DNA from: Mobula hypostoma
Taxonomy: Eukaryota
Direction of reading: 5' to 3'
Assembly (NCBI RefSeq): GCF_963921235.1
Contig: NC_086097.1
Coordinates: forward strand, 31,064,001-31,128,000
DNA length: 64,000 bases
Shown here piece by piece: positions 53,173-64,000 of this stretch; the first letter of the stretch is position 1, and each line of letters begins with the position of its first letter. Below the pieces are notes generated by a model, which saw nothing but the letters and a program-made list of their open reading frames with translations, was not told the DNA's origin and made no database searches. The position numbers and the translations under genes were made by a program.

Positions 53173-54864
53173 CAGTGGCATGCAAAAGTTTGGGCACCCC
53201 TGGTTAAAATTTCTATTGCTGTGAATAGCTAAGCGAGTAAAAGATGACCTGATTTCCAAAAGGCATAAAGTTAAAGATGACACATTCCTTTAATATTTTA
53301 AGCAAGAAAACTTTTTTATTTCCATCTTTTACAGTTTCAAAATAACAAAAAAGGAAAAGGGCCTGAAGCAAAAGTTTGGGCACCCTGCATGGCAGTACTT
53401 AGAAACACCCCCTTCGGCAAGTATCATAGTTTGTAAATGCTTTTTGTAGCCATCTAAGAGTCTTCAATTCTTGTTTGGGGGATTTTCACCCATTCTTCCT
53501 TGCAAAAGGCTTCCAGTTCTGTGAGATTCTTGGGCCATCTTGCATGCACTGCCCTTTTGAGGTCTACCCACAGATTCTCGATGATGTTTAGGTCAGGGGA
53601 CTGTGAGGGCCATGGCAAAACCTTCAGCTTGTACCTCTTGAGGTAGTCCATCGTGTATTTTGAGGTGTGTTCAGGATCATTATCCTGTTGTAGAAGCCAT
53701 CCTCTTTTCATCTTCGGCTTTTTTACAGACGGTGTGATGCTTGCTTCCAGAATTTGCTGGTACTTAATTGAATTCATTCTTCCCTCTACCAGTAAATGTT
53801 CCCCGTGCCACTGGCTGCAACACAAGCCCAAAGCATGATCGATCCACCCCAGTGCTTAACAGTTGGAGAGGGGTTCTTTTCATGAAATTCTGCACCCTTT
53901 TTTCTCCAAACATACCTTTGCTCATTGTGGCTAAAAAGTTCTATTCAAAAAGTTCAAAGGAACATCTAAACAGGCCTGATGCATTTTGGAAGCAAGTCCT
54001 GTGCACTGATGAAGTTAAAATAGAACTTTTTGGCCGCAATGAGCAAAGGTATGTTTGGAGAGAAAAATTGTGCAGAATTTCAGAACACCTCTCCAACTGT
54101 TAAGCACGGGGGGTGGGGGGGGGAATCGATCATGCTTTGGGCTTGTGTTGTTGCCAGGGGCATGGGGAACATTTACTGGTAGAGCAAAGAATGAATTCAA
54201 TAAAGTACCAGCAAATTCTGGAAGCAAACATCACACCTTCTGTAAAAAAGCTGAAAATGAAAAGAGAATGGCTTCTACAACAGGATAATGATCCTATGCA
54301 CACCTCAAAATCCATGATGGACTACCTGAAGAGGAGCAAGCTGAAGGTTTTATGATGATTATGAAGACACGTAGTCCTCTTTTATTGTCATTTAGTAATC
54401 CATGCATTAAGAAATGATGCATTACAGCCCTCACAGTCCCCTGAACTAAACATCATCGAGAATCTGTGGACAGACCTCAAAAGAGCAGTGCATGCAAGAC
54501 AGCCCAAGAATCTCACAGAACTAGAAGCCTTTTGCAAGGAAGAATGAGCGAAAATCCCCCAAACAAGAATTGAAAAACTCTTAGCTGACTACAAAAAGCA
54601 TTTATAAGCTGTGATACTTGCCAAAGGGGGTGTTTCTAAGTACTGCCATGCAGGGTGCCCAAAATTTTGCTTCAGGCCCTTTTCCTTTTTGTTATTTTGA
54701 AACTGTAAGAGATCGAAATAAAAAAGTTTTCTTGCTTAAAATATCAAAGAAACGTCTCATCTTTAACTTTATGCATTTTGGAAATCAGTTCATCTTTTAC
54801 TCGCTTAGCTATTCACAGTAACAGAAATTTTGACCAGGGGTGCCCAAACTTTTGCATGCCGCTG
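53173..54864. mobile_element. Tc1-family (IR/DR type) fold-back element, TA TSD, two inverted transposase 3' halves
   Basis: TA|CAGTGGCATGCAAAAGTTTGGGCACCCC...GGGGTGCCCAAACTTTTGCATGCCGCTG|TA; inner DR gcaaaagtttgggcaccc at 53368; QQDNDPEHTS...[15 protein letters not shown] on the minus strand (53454-53831) and the homologous motifs on the plus strand (54113 onward). Confidence 0.95.
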
Positions 54865-55143
54865 TATCTGCTGTTTCTACTACCACACATGGCAGCGTAT
54901 CCCATGCACACATCACTCTCTGTGTAAAAAACGTACCTCTGACATCCCCCCTACACTTTCTTCCAAACATCTAAAATATCTCTTGTGTTAGCCATTTCCA
55001 CCTGGTGAAAAGTCTCTGACTGTCCACTCTGTCAATGCCTCTTATCATTTTGTACACCTTTATCAAGTCACCCCTCATCCTCCTTCGCTCCAAAGAGAAA
55101 AGCCCTAGCTCGCTCAACCTATCATAAGAGGTGCTCTCTAATC

Positions 55144-55907
55144 CAGCGGTCCCCAGGTACTGGGCCGCAAAGCATGTGCTACCGGGCCATGAGGAAACGA
55201 TATGAGTCAGCTGCACCTTTCCTCATTCATTGTCACGCACTGTTGAACTTGAACATAGGGTTGCCAACTGTCTCGTATTGCTGGGACTTCCCGTATACTG
55301 GGCTAAATTGGTTTGTCCATTACGGGACCGCCCTTGTCCCCTATTTCCCCCGCTAAGGTAGAGCGTTCCTATGAAACCTTTCCTGCCGAAATGGCGTGAA
55401 GCGACGAAGTAATTACCATTAATTTATATGGGAAAAATTTTTGAGCGTTCCCAGACCCAAAAAATAACCTAACAAATCATACCAAATAACACATAAAACC
55501 AAAAATAAATAACACTAACATACAGTAAAAGCAGGAATGATATGATAAATACACAGCCTATATAAAGTAGAAATAATGTATGTTCAGTATAGTTGGGAAG
55601 ATGAAGGTAAAACCGATTTGTGGGGGTAAAAAATCAGCACGTACGCGCATGCGCACATTACATGCGCATGTCACGCATGCGCACACAGGTGCCCGTGCAA
55701 GGCTTCATGGTCATGGTAGTCTTTCCTGGGGTAAAGTGTCTCGGGATTTTACTGCTACTTTTGTCCCTTACTTGGGGGTGAGAAAGTTGGCAACCCTAAC
55801 CGTAAAAGACATGTTGAGGTGAGTTTAACCCTCCCCGGTCGGCCAGTCCGCAAGAATATTGTCAATATTAAATCGGTCCGCGGTGCAAAAAAGGTTGGGG
55901 ACCCCTG
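55144..55907 (+). mobile_element. Charlie-type hAT composite MITE, 764 bp, 8-bp TSD CTCTAATC
   Basis: Same termini as 47876-49083; TSD at 55136-55143 and 55908-55915; inserted in an antisense CR1 fragment. Confidence 0.92.
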
Positions 55908-56574
55908 CTCTAATCCATGCACCATCCTGATAAATCTCCTCTGCACCCTCTTTAAAGCTTCCACATCCTTCCTATAAGGAGGTGACCAGAACCCAACACA
56001 ACGATCTAACCAGGGTTTCATAGAGCTGCAACAACAAGTCGCAGCTCATGAATTCAATCCCCCGATGAATGAAGAGCAACATGCCATATGCCTTCTTAAC
56101 CACCCTATTTTAAGAGCAATCTTAAAACGTAACCAGACCCAGTTTGCATTCAGGACTTGTGTTATGTCTTTTGGCTCAAAGCCCATTTCCCGTCCTCTTG
56201 TAAAGCAATTTGCAAAGCTTTTCTAACTTGAGGATGCCATATAAACTCTCTGTGAATCACCCAAGTTCTCACACTTCCATCTGCTTCTTTGCAATATCCT
56301 GCGTCATAGGCATCAAAGAATATGAAGCGATGGATTCTCACTCCAGTGACTACTTTCTGGCAAGTGCATAGAATCAGAGTCTGAGTTCTCTGTCATCACT
56401 AACACATTCAACCCCCAGAGACACTGGATTACAATGCATGTATTTAGATGGTGTCTTAAATGGAGGAATGATGCAGAGAGGAGTCTAGGCAACAGAGAAG
56501 GTGAGGTAGGGAGTCGTTTTGGGTCAAAAAACTTCCACTGCGCATTTCTAAAAGCAGAATCAGATTTATTTCAT

Positions 56575-57450
56575 AGAAACAGAAAACTTACAGCACAATA
56601 CAGGCCTTTCAGCCCACAATGCTGTGCTGAATATGTACTTACTTTAGAAATTACCTAGGGTTACCCCTAGCCCTCTATTTTTCTGAGCTCCATGTACCTA
56701 TCCAGGAGCCTCTTGTAAGACCCTATTGTATCTACCTCCACCACAGTCACCGGCAGCCCATTCCACGCACTCACCACTCTCTGCGTAAAAAACTTACCCC
56801 GACATCCCCTCTGTACCTACTTCCAAGCACCTTAAAACTGTGCCCTCTCGTGTTAGCCATTTCAGCCCTGGGGAAAAGCCTCTGACTATCCACACAATCA
56901 ATGCCTCTCAACATCTTATACACCTCTATCAGGTCACCTCTCATCCTCCGTCGCTCCAAGGAGAAAAGGTCAAGTAAACTCAACCTATTCTCATAAGGTA
57001 CTCCCTCTAATCCAGGCAACATCCTTGCACTCTCTGTATAGTATCCATATCCTTCCTGTAGTGAAGTGACCAGAACTGAGCACAGTACTCCAAGTGGAGT
57101 TTGACCAAGGTCTTATATAGCTGTAAAATTACCTCATGGCTCTTGAACTCACTCCCACGGTTAATGAATGCCAACACGCCATGTGCCTTCTTTACAACAC
57201 TGTCAACCTGTGCTGCAGCTTTGAGTGTCCTATTGACACGAACCCCATGATCTCTCAGATCTTCCACACTGCCAAGAGTCTTACATTTATATTACATTCT
57301 GTCTTCAAATTGGACCTACCAAAATGAACCACTTCACACTTACCTGGTTGAACTCCATCTGCCACTTCTCAGCCCAGTTTTGCATCCTATCAATGTCGCT
57401 CTGTAACCTCTGACAACCCTCTAGACTATCCACAACACCCCCAACCTTTC
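56575..57450 (-). mobile_element. CR1/HER1 LINE 3' fragment
   Basis: LVKLHLEYCAQFWSLHYRKDM; MLPGLEGVPYENRLS..LFSLERRRMRGDLIEVYK; same subfamily as 19839-21193. Confidence 0.9.
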
Positions 57451-57924
57451 AACCAATTTAAGTGTTGTGAAATTTGTTGCTTTGTGGCAGTAGTACAGTG
57501 CAAAGACATAAAATTACTTTAAATTGCTGAAGTAAACAAACAGTGCAAAGTAAAAGGAATAACAAGGTAGTGTTTATGGATTCATGGTTTGTTCAAAAAT
57601 CTGATGACAGGGAGGAAGAAGATGTTTCTGAATTGTTAATTGTAGGTCTTCAGGTTCCTGGTAGTAACAAGAAGGGGGCATAGGTGGGAATGAGTCCCTG
57701 GTCAGACCAGCCATGATCTTATTGAATGGCGGAGCAGGCTCGATGGGCCAGATAGCCTATTCTTGCTCCTGCTTCTTATGTTCTTATATCCCAGACAGTG
57801 AGGGTCCTTAATGTTATAAAGTTATACCATTATACGAGTGGAGAGGCACGAGACCACAAAAGTTAAAACATCAGACAGAGTAATGGTTGATGCTGGAGAA
57901 CCAGAGGTCAACATGTATACCACC

Positions 57925-58240
57925 CACATGATAGTGTAGTGGTTGGAGCGATTGCCTTACAGTGCCAGATGATCACCAATTGAGGTTCAATTCCTGCCGC
58001 TGTCTCTAAGGAGCTTGTATGTTCTCCCTGTAACTGTGTGAGTTTCCTCCGGGTACTGCAGATTCCTCCCACATTCCAAAAACGTATGGGTTACTAAGTT
58101 GTGGACAAGCGCCGGAAGCATGGCGACACTTGCAGGCTGCCCCCAGCATAATCCTTGGACTATAATGATCGCTAATATACAATAACACATTTCACTCTGT
58201 GCTTTGATGTACATGTAAGAAGTAAAGCTAATCTGATTTT
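57925..58240 (+). mobile_element. V-SINE (HE1-like)
   Basis: tagtgtagtggtt head, ggttcaattcc B box, V domain, tail taaagctaatc. Confidence 0.8.
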
Positions 58241-61200
58241 ATTTCTACATGGATTCATGAACAGAACTGACTGCCAAGGTCATTGTGTTCTCGGACCCTG
58301 AAGAATCTTCTTTTCTTGTGTAAACTTCACTTCAGTTTGTACGAGGGGACAATGTTAAAGAAAGTAAATATTTCTGGAGATAAACTGGAGTATAGCCAAG
58401 GCGGGTGTGGAGATTCTCTTACGATTGAAGTGCATGATTTTTGTCTATATGAATTTGTATTGAAATCAACATGGCCAGTTTCCAAAGGAGACATTGACCA
58501 TAATAATGTTGTTAGGGGTCGAGAAACAAGTTGTGGTAAAAGGGCAAGAGCAGTCTTGTAAGCTATGAGCAGGCTGATGTGAACAGCTGTGATCTGGCGT
58601 GCAGAGATAGAGTGTTCAAATGCAGCAACCCCCAAGCTGGTCAATCTCAGATGGAAAAGCAAGTGGCAAGAAAACACAGCTCAGTACTCCAGTCTATAAA
58701 GTAGTTGTACATGGTTCACTGCAGGTAGGAGTCATGGGTGGGCAGGGTGGTGAAGAAGGCTTTTGGCATGCTGGCCTTCATCAGTCAGGGCATTGTGAGC
58801 AGTTTTGGGGCCCATATCTAATAAAGGAGTGTGTGGGCATTGGAGAGAGTCCAAAGGAGGTTCAGAGAATGATCCCGAGAAGGAAAAGATTAGCACAGGA
58901 GGAGCTTTTGATGGCTCTGGGCCTATATTCGCTGGAGTTTAGAAGAATAAATGAGTTTTATAAGGAGCGTCTTGGATTAGATGCGTCCCATGGTTCCTGT
59001 TAATTCAAAGCAAATCCTTTTCCACTAAATGCTCACATATTCCCATTTGCTGCTTTCAACAACAGACATTCAGTAATGTTTCACTGAGAGAGTAATGACA
59101 AGTCCACTTCAAACATTCGGCCCATTATAATTCAAACAGAAACACGCTTCAAGTGGAGTACCGATCTATGTGGTAAAGATGCTGGATCAGTGATCAAAAG
59201 ACAACCTTCCACGGCAGTGAAGGATCTTAGGTTTAAGCATGGTAGAAGGAATGAGGCTCTTCTCATTGCCACCATCAGGGAGGGGGTACAGGAGCCTGAA
59301 GACACAGTCTCAACTTTTTAAGAGCACCTTCTTCCCCCCGACAATCAGATTTCTGAACAGACAATGAACCATGAACACTACCTCACTACTTTTGCCCTCC
59401 TTGCACTTCTTATTGTAACAGTCATTCTTCACATATTGTACTGTCACAAAACAACAAATTTCATGACTTGTCAGTGCTAATAAAGCTGATTCTGATTCCA
59501 TGTATGAAAGAAAACACATACCATGCATAATGCAGAGTAACACATATAAAATGCTGGAGGAACTCAGCAGGTCAGGTGGCATCCATGGAAAGGAACAAAC
59601 AATCAATGTCTGGGCCAACACCTTTCAACAGGACTATGCATTATGCATATGCAATTCTACGCACAAACCCATAAATAAATTGCCGAATTATAGGTCACGT
59701 CTTTACCCTGCAATTCTCGGCTGAACAGTATTAATGCAAAATGCAGCAAAAATTAAATGAACGACAGTATTCCCCATCACACAAATCTTCAAAGAAAATG
59801 TACCCACTCAGCGGCCTACAAATGCAAATTAATCAAATTTACATTGCGATTAAATGTAAATTACTAAAATGTCTTTTCTCATTTAGTTTGCATAACACTT
59901 GAAATAAAATTCACTGTTCGAGCAATTTATGAAGTTGCTTAATCTTCTTAGAATTTTTTTTGACTTGTGTGAGAATTCCAGATGAAATGATAAATCAGAT
60001 AAACAAAGAGCTCAGTGTAAATAAATAAATCTGGAATTTAAGATATGAAGATTAAAAAATGTTCCTCTCAATAAGCGACAAACCACTGACTTATCACAGA
60101 ATTAAAGTCACTCAGGGAGAGGAATTTGTTATCCTTCTCCACAGAGTGGTGGGTGCCTGGACCAGGCTGTCCAGAATGGTGTTTAACTCTGGACTGGAAA
60201 CAGCTACAATAGTGGTGTTTAAGAGGTATATGAACATAGAGAGAATGGAAAGATACGGATCATGTGCACTCAGATAAGCTTACTTTAATTAGGCTTCATG
60301 GTTGGCACATGCATCACAGGACGAAGCTCTTGAACTACACTGTTCTATCTTCCCTGTCCTTCATCAGGACAGGGAGATGCTGGTAATCCAACTGTACGAC
60401 GAGAACACTTTCACCACACACACAGAATGCTGGACATTTCCAGAGATACTGCCTGACCTGCTGAGTTCCTCTAGCATTTTGTGTGTTTTGCATTGGATTT
60501 CCGGCATCTGCAGATTTTCTCATATTTGTGACACTTTTTACAGAGCTCGAGCCCAAAGCAAGCGGTAAACTGTATTCAATTGAATTTAAGGAAGGAAATC
60601 AGCAACGAGGAGGTGCACTCCCCACCAGTTCAGTGAGTCATAGGCAGGGGAAGGTGGGAAGTGGGGATGCTGGGAGGTGATAGGTGAAAGAGGAAATGGG
60701 CTGAGAAGGCGGACTCTGATAGGTTAGGAGCATGGACCATGGACCATGAAAGAAAGGGAATGAGGTGGTAGAGAGAGAGAGAACAGAAGACGATAAGATA
60801 GGTTGTGAGGACAGGGGAGGGGGAAAAAGAAGAAGTAATGAATCCAGAGACGTGAAGGTGGGAGAGTATTTAAGGATGACCAGTAGAGGATTTAGTGAAG
60901 AGCATCTTGAGAAGGGCATTAGTAAAAGAGATTAGTGGAAGGCTAATCCACAGGGATTGTTGGACCATGGACCATGTTGGACCACGGGGGTGTCATGGGA
61001 TTAAGCTCTATTAGGAGTGACTGAGAAAATGCACTGAGAATGCAGAATATAACTGGAGAATGGAAGGGAAGGATATGGTGATATTAAGTTACAGTGAAGA
61101 GCCTGCTTCTGCCCTCTGAAATTCACCACCATTCTAAATAATAAATGTGACAACTGCCCAGACTGACTGGTGGCAGGATGTCCACACTGTTCTGGCTGGT

Positions 61201-62041
61201 CCAACAACCAACAGACTGACAACAACAACAGCAAGAGCTAAACGCAGCAAGGGATTTCACAGGCTTAGTCACACAGAGTACCTGCTGTCTTACCACTGTT
61301 GAATGTCAGGCCCATCAGTTCACTTCCTTCAGTGAGTGTGTCTATGATAACCCAGAGCTTGGGGACTGAGGTTCACTGTGCTCCAGCAATAAGCTGATAT
61401 GCAACGCTACAGCAGGGTGAAAAATGTGTTAGGGCAGAGATGTAGCTTGGCTCAACACCAGTCTGCATTAAGACTGGTCCTGTTGCTTCCTCATTTCCTG
61501 GTGCGCTTCCTGAAATCCTGTCTTTGCAGATACAGTCCCATAAATCCTCCCTTTCCTGAAGCCCTTCCTTTTCATCTTCCCTTTACTATAGGACCATAAG
61601 ACATATCATAGAAGCAGAATTTGGCCATTTTCCCCCATCTCGATTGCTTCGCCAATTCTATGACTGATTATTACCATTCCCAACCCATTCTCCTGCCTTC
61701 TCCCCATAGTCTTTGATGCCTTTACTAATCAAGAATCTATAAAACTCCATTTAAAATATACCAATGATCTGGCCTTCACAGCTGTCTGTGGCAATGAATT
61801 CCACAGATTCATTACTCTCTGGCTAAAGAAATTCTTCCTCATCTCTGTTCTAAAGGGATGTCCTTGCATTCTGAGAGGAGGACGTGCGCTCTCCACACAG
61901 ATAATACCAGAGGGCAGGAGTGAACCCTAGATCCAGGAGCTGTGAGGCAGTGGCTTTACCAGATTTGTGCCACAGCGCTGTCACTGGCAGGATGATGGGT
62001 GGAATGTCCCCTTTGTTTTCCTTCTGTGCAGCAACAGACAC

Positions 62042-62297
62042 GACCGGCTGGTGGCGCAGTGGCATCAGCGCCGGACTCCGGAGCGAAGGCTCCCGAGTTC
62101 AAATCCAAGTTGGGCCACCCCCCGAGCAGCCTTTCTATCCGTGCTGGGTTGAGCATCAAGCTAGCCACTCGGCCTTGTAAAAAAAGGGTCATGTCAGGAA
62201 CATTCATAACGTGACCCGATTAATCTGAAAGGAGACCAATCCCGACACTACGTGACAGACTAGAATGGCCGACTATCTGGTGCAACATGCTAAAAAA
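62042..62297 (+). mobile_element. tRNA-derived SINE with 12-bp TSD AGCAACAGACAC
   Basis: A box TGGCGCAGTGG, B box GAGTTCAAATCC, poly-A end; TSD at 62030-62041 and 62298-62309. Confidence 0.92.
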
Positions 62298-62579
62298 AGC
62301 AACAGACACTGCTTTATGAGCTTTTCACAAACCGCCTTAAAACAAAAGGGAGAAGGTTATGCCTCAGGAACAAATTTCACTATTGCAGCAGAACTAGGAG
62401 AGCATGAAAGCTCAGTTCCCTGATAGGAATAAACCACCTCGACTTAACAGGTTCAGATTTATTTGTCACATGTACATCAAAGCATACAGTGAAATGCATC
62501 ATTTGGTGTAACAAACAACACAGCCCAAGAGTGCGCTGGGAGCAATCAACAAGGGTCGCCACACATTCCAGCACCAGCA

Positions 62580-63200
62580 CAGAATCAGAATCAGGTTTAT
62601 TATCACCAGCACGTGTTGTGAAATTTGTTAACTTAGCAGCAGCAGCTCAACGCAATACATAAGATAGACTAAAAAGAATAAAAATAATAAATAAATAAAT
62701 AAATCAATTACAGTGTACGTATATTGAATAGATTTAAAATCGTGCAAAACAGAAATATATATTAAAAAAGTAAGGTAGGATTCACGGATTCAACGTCCAT
62801 TTAGGAATCAGATGGCAGAGGGGAAGAAGTCGTATCTGAATCATTGAGCGTGTGCTTTCAGGCTTCTGCACCTCCCACCTGATGGTAACAGTGAGAAAAG
62901 GACATGCCCTGGGTGCTGGGGGTCCTTAATAATGGATGGCCTTTCTGAGCCAACGCTCCTTGAAGATGTTCTGGATACTTTGTAGGCTAGTGCCCAAGAT
63001 GGAGCTGACTAGATTTACGACCCTCTGCATCTTCTTTTGGTCCTGTGCAAAAGCACACCACCACCACCCCCCCCCCCCATACCAGACAGTGATGCAGCCT
63101 GTCAGAATGCTCTCCATGGTACATCTATAGAAGCTTTTGAGTGTTTTTGTTGACATACTAAACATCTTCAAGCTCCTAATGAAGTATCGTAGCTGTTTTA
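62580..63200 (-). mobile_element. Rex1/Babar-like LINE 3' end
   Basis: YFIRSLKMFSMSTKTLKSFYRCTMESILTGCITVWYG; (agaatc)n tail. Confidence 0.88.
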
Positions 63201-64000
63201 CCATCAAAACAACTGCAAAACAAGCCACTTTCCCAGACACACACACACACACACAAACCAAGCTTCCAACATCCAGTGCTTGGCCCCAGACTCTCACTCG
63301 CAGACAATGGGCCGACTTCCAGTCTCTGGCCTGGTCTTGCAGACATTGGTGATGGCCAGGGCAGAATTAAAATATGGAAGAAAACGTCGAACTCAAGGAC
63401 AGTGGAAGCAGATAAACCAATTGTCTTTGTTCTTACCATGAGATCAAAGGAATGGAGGCTGCCATTTTGTGAAACAGCTCTGCGTCCTCTATTTTGTGAG
63501 ATGAAGTTGCTTGGTTTGATTAATGTTTTAAAGTAGACACAATGATGCTCCTGGTAATCTGCTGAAGCAGAGATCATACCCAAATATTTAACTATTTATG
63601 GTTCTATTACTATTTATTATTTATGGAGCAACTGTAACGAAAACCAATTTCTCCCGGGATTAATAAAGTATGACTATGACTATGGGGTCTGTTGTCTACC
63701 CTGAGTGATTCAAACTGGTTATTGGTTTTGTATATGATTTTAAACAAAGAACCATAAATTACTAGCTGTCAGTTGTCACTTGTGGAAGAAGGATAATAAA
63801 TGGATGCTGGCAGAGCCAATAAGAAAGTGTTAAAGGTCACTCAGATGACCCATAGCCAACAACATTGAAATGTAACGTTTGAACTAGTGAAGAATGAGTA
63901 TAAAACCAGAGGTTTTCAGATACAAGATATATAGATAGAAAGATATTTTATTGATCCCAAAGGAAATTAGTGTCACAGCAGCATTACAAGTGCACAGATA

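Noticed and set aside
58283..58677. Overlapping ORFs in apparently unique sequence
   Set aside because: No recognisable domain or splice context; not BRF1 and not BTBD6-like
62042..62115. tRNA-like sequence with A and B boxes (also 23084)
   Set aside because: Continues into a shared ~190-bp body, A-tail and TSDs, so it is a SINE head rather than a tRNA gene

Overview
Repeat-dense eukaryotic intronic DNA. The repeat repertoire (HE1/V-SINE, HER1/CR1, Penelope-like, Deu-SINE relics) points to a cartilaginous fish, probably a ray; this is inferred from recalled repeat consensi, not a database search. The only host gene I can support is BRF1 (TFIIIB 90-kDa subunit) on the minus strand, with four consecutive, phase-compatible GT-AG exons (19048-18987, 16450-16369, 10091-10036, 7920-7646). 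They encode the C-terminal TBP-binding homology blocks. No further BRF1 exon was recognised in the 45 kb upstream or the 7.6 kb downstream. The rest is layered, decayed transposons: CR1, Rex1/Babar, L2, RTE/BovB, Penelope-like, SINEs, Tc1, Tigger and Charlie-type hAT. Most notable observations: (1) the abundant Penelope terminal repeat reconstructs to a minimal, dimer-dependent type I hammerhead ribozyme; (2) a 1.7-kb Tc1 fold-back built from two 3' halves; (3) composite hAT elements with perfect TSDs that carry pieces of other TEs; (4) a BovB-like RTE with a TSD; (5) a young tRNA-headed SINE with an RTE-like body. Most ORFs in the supplied track are TE remnants or noise. Boundaries of decayed TE fragments are approximate.
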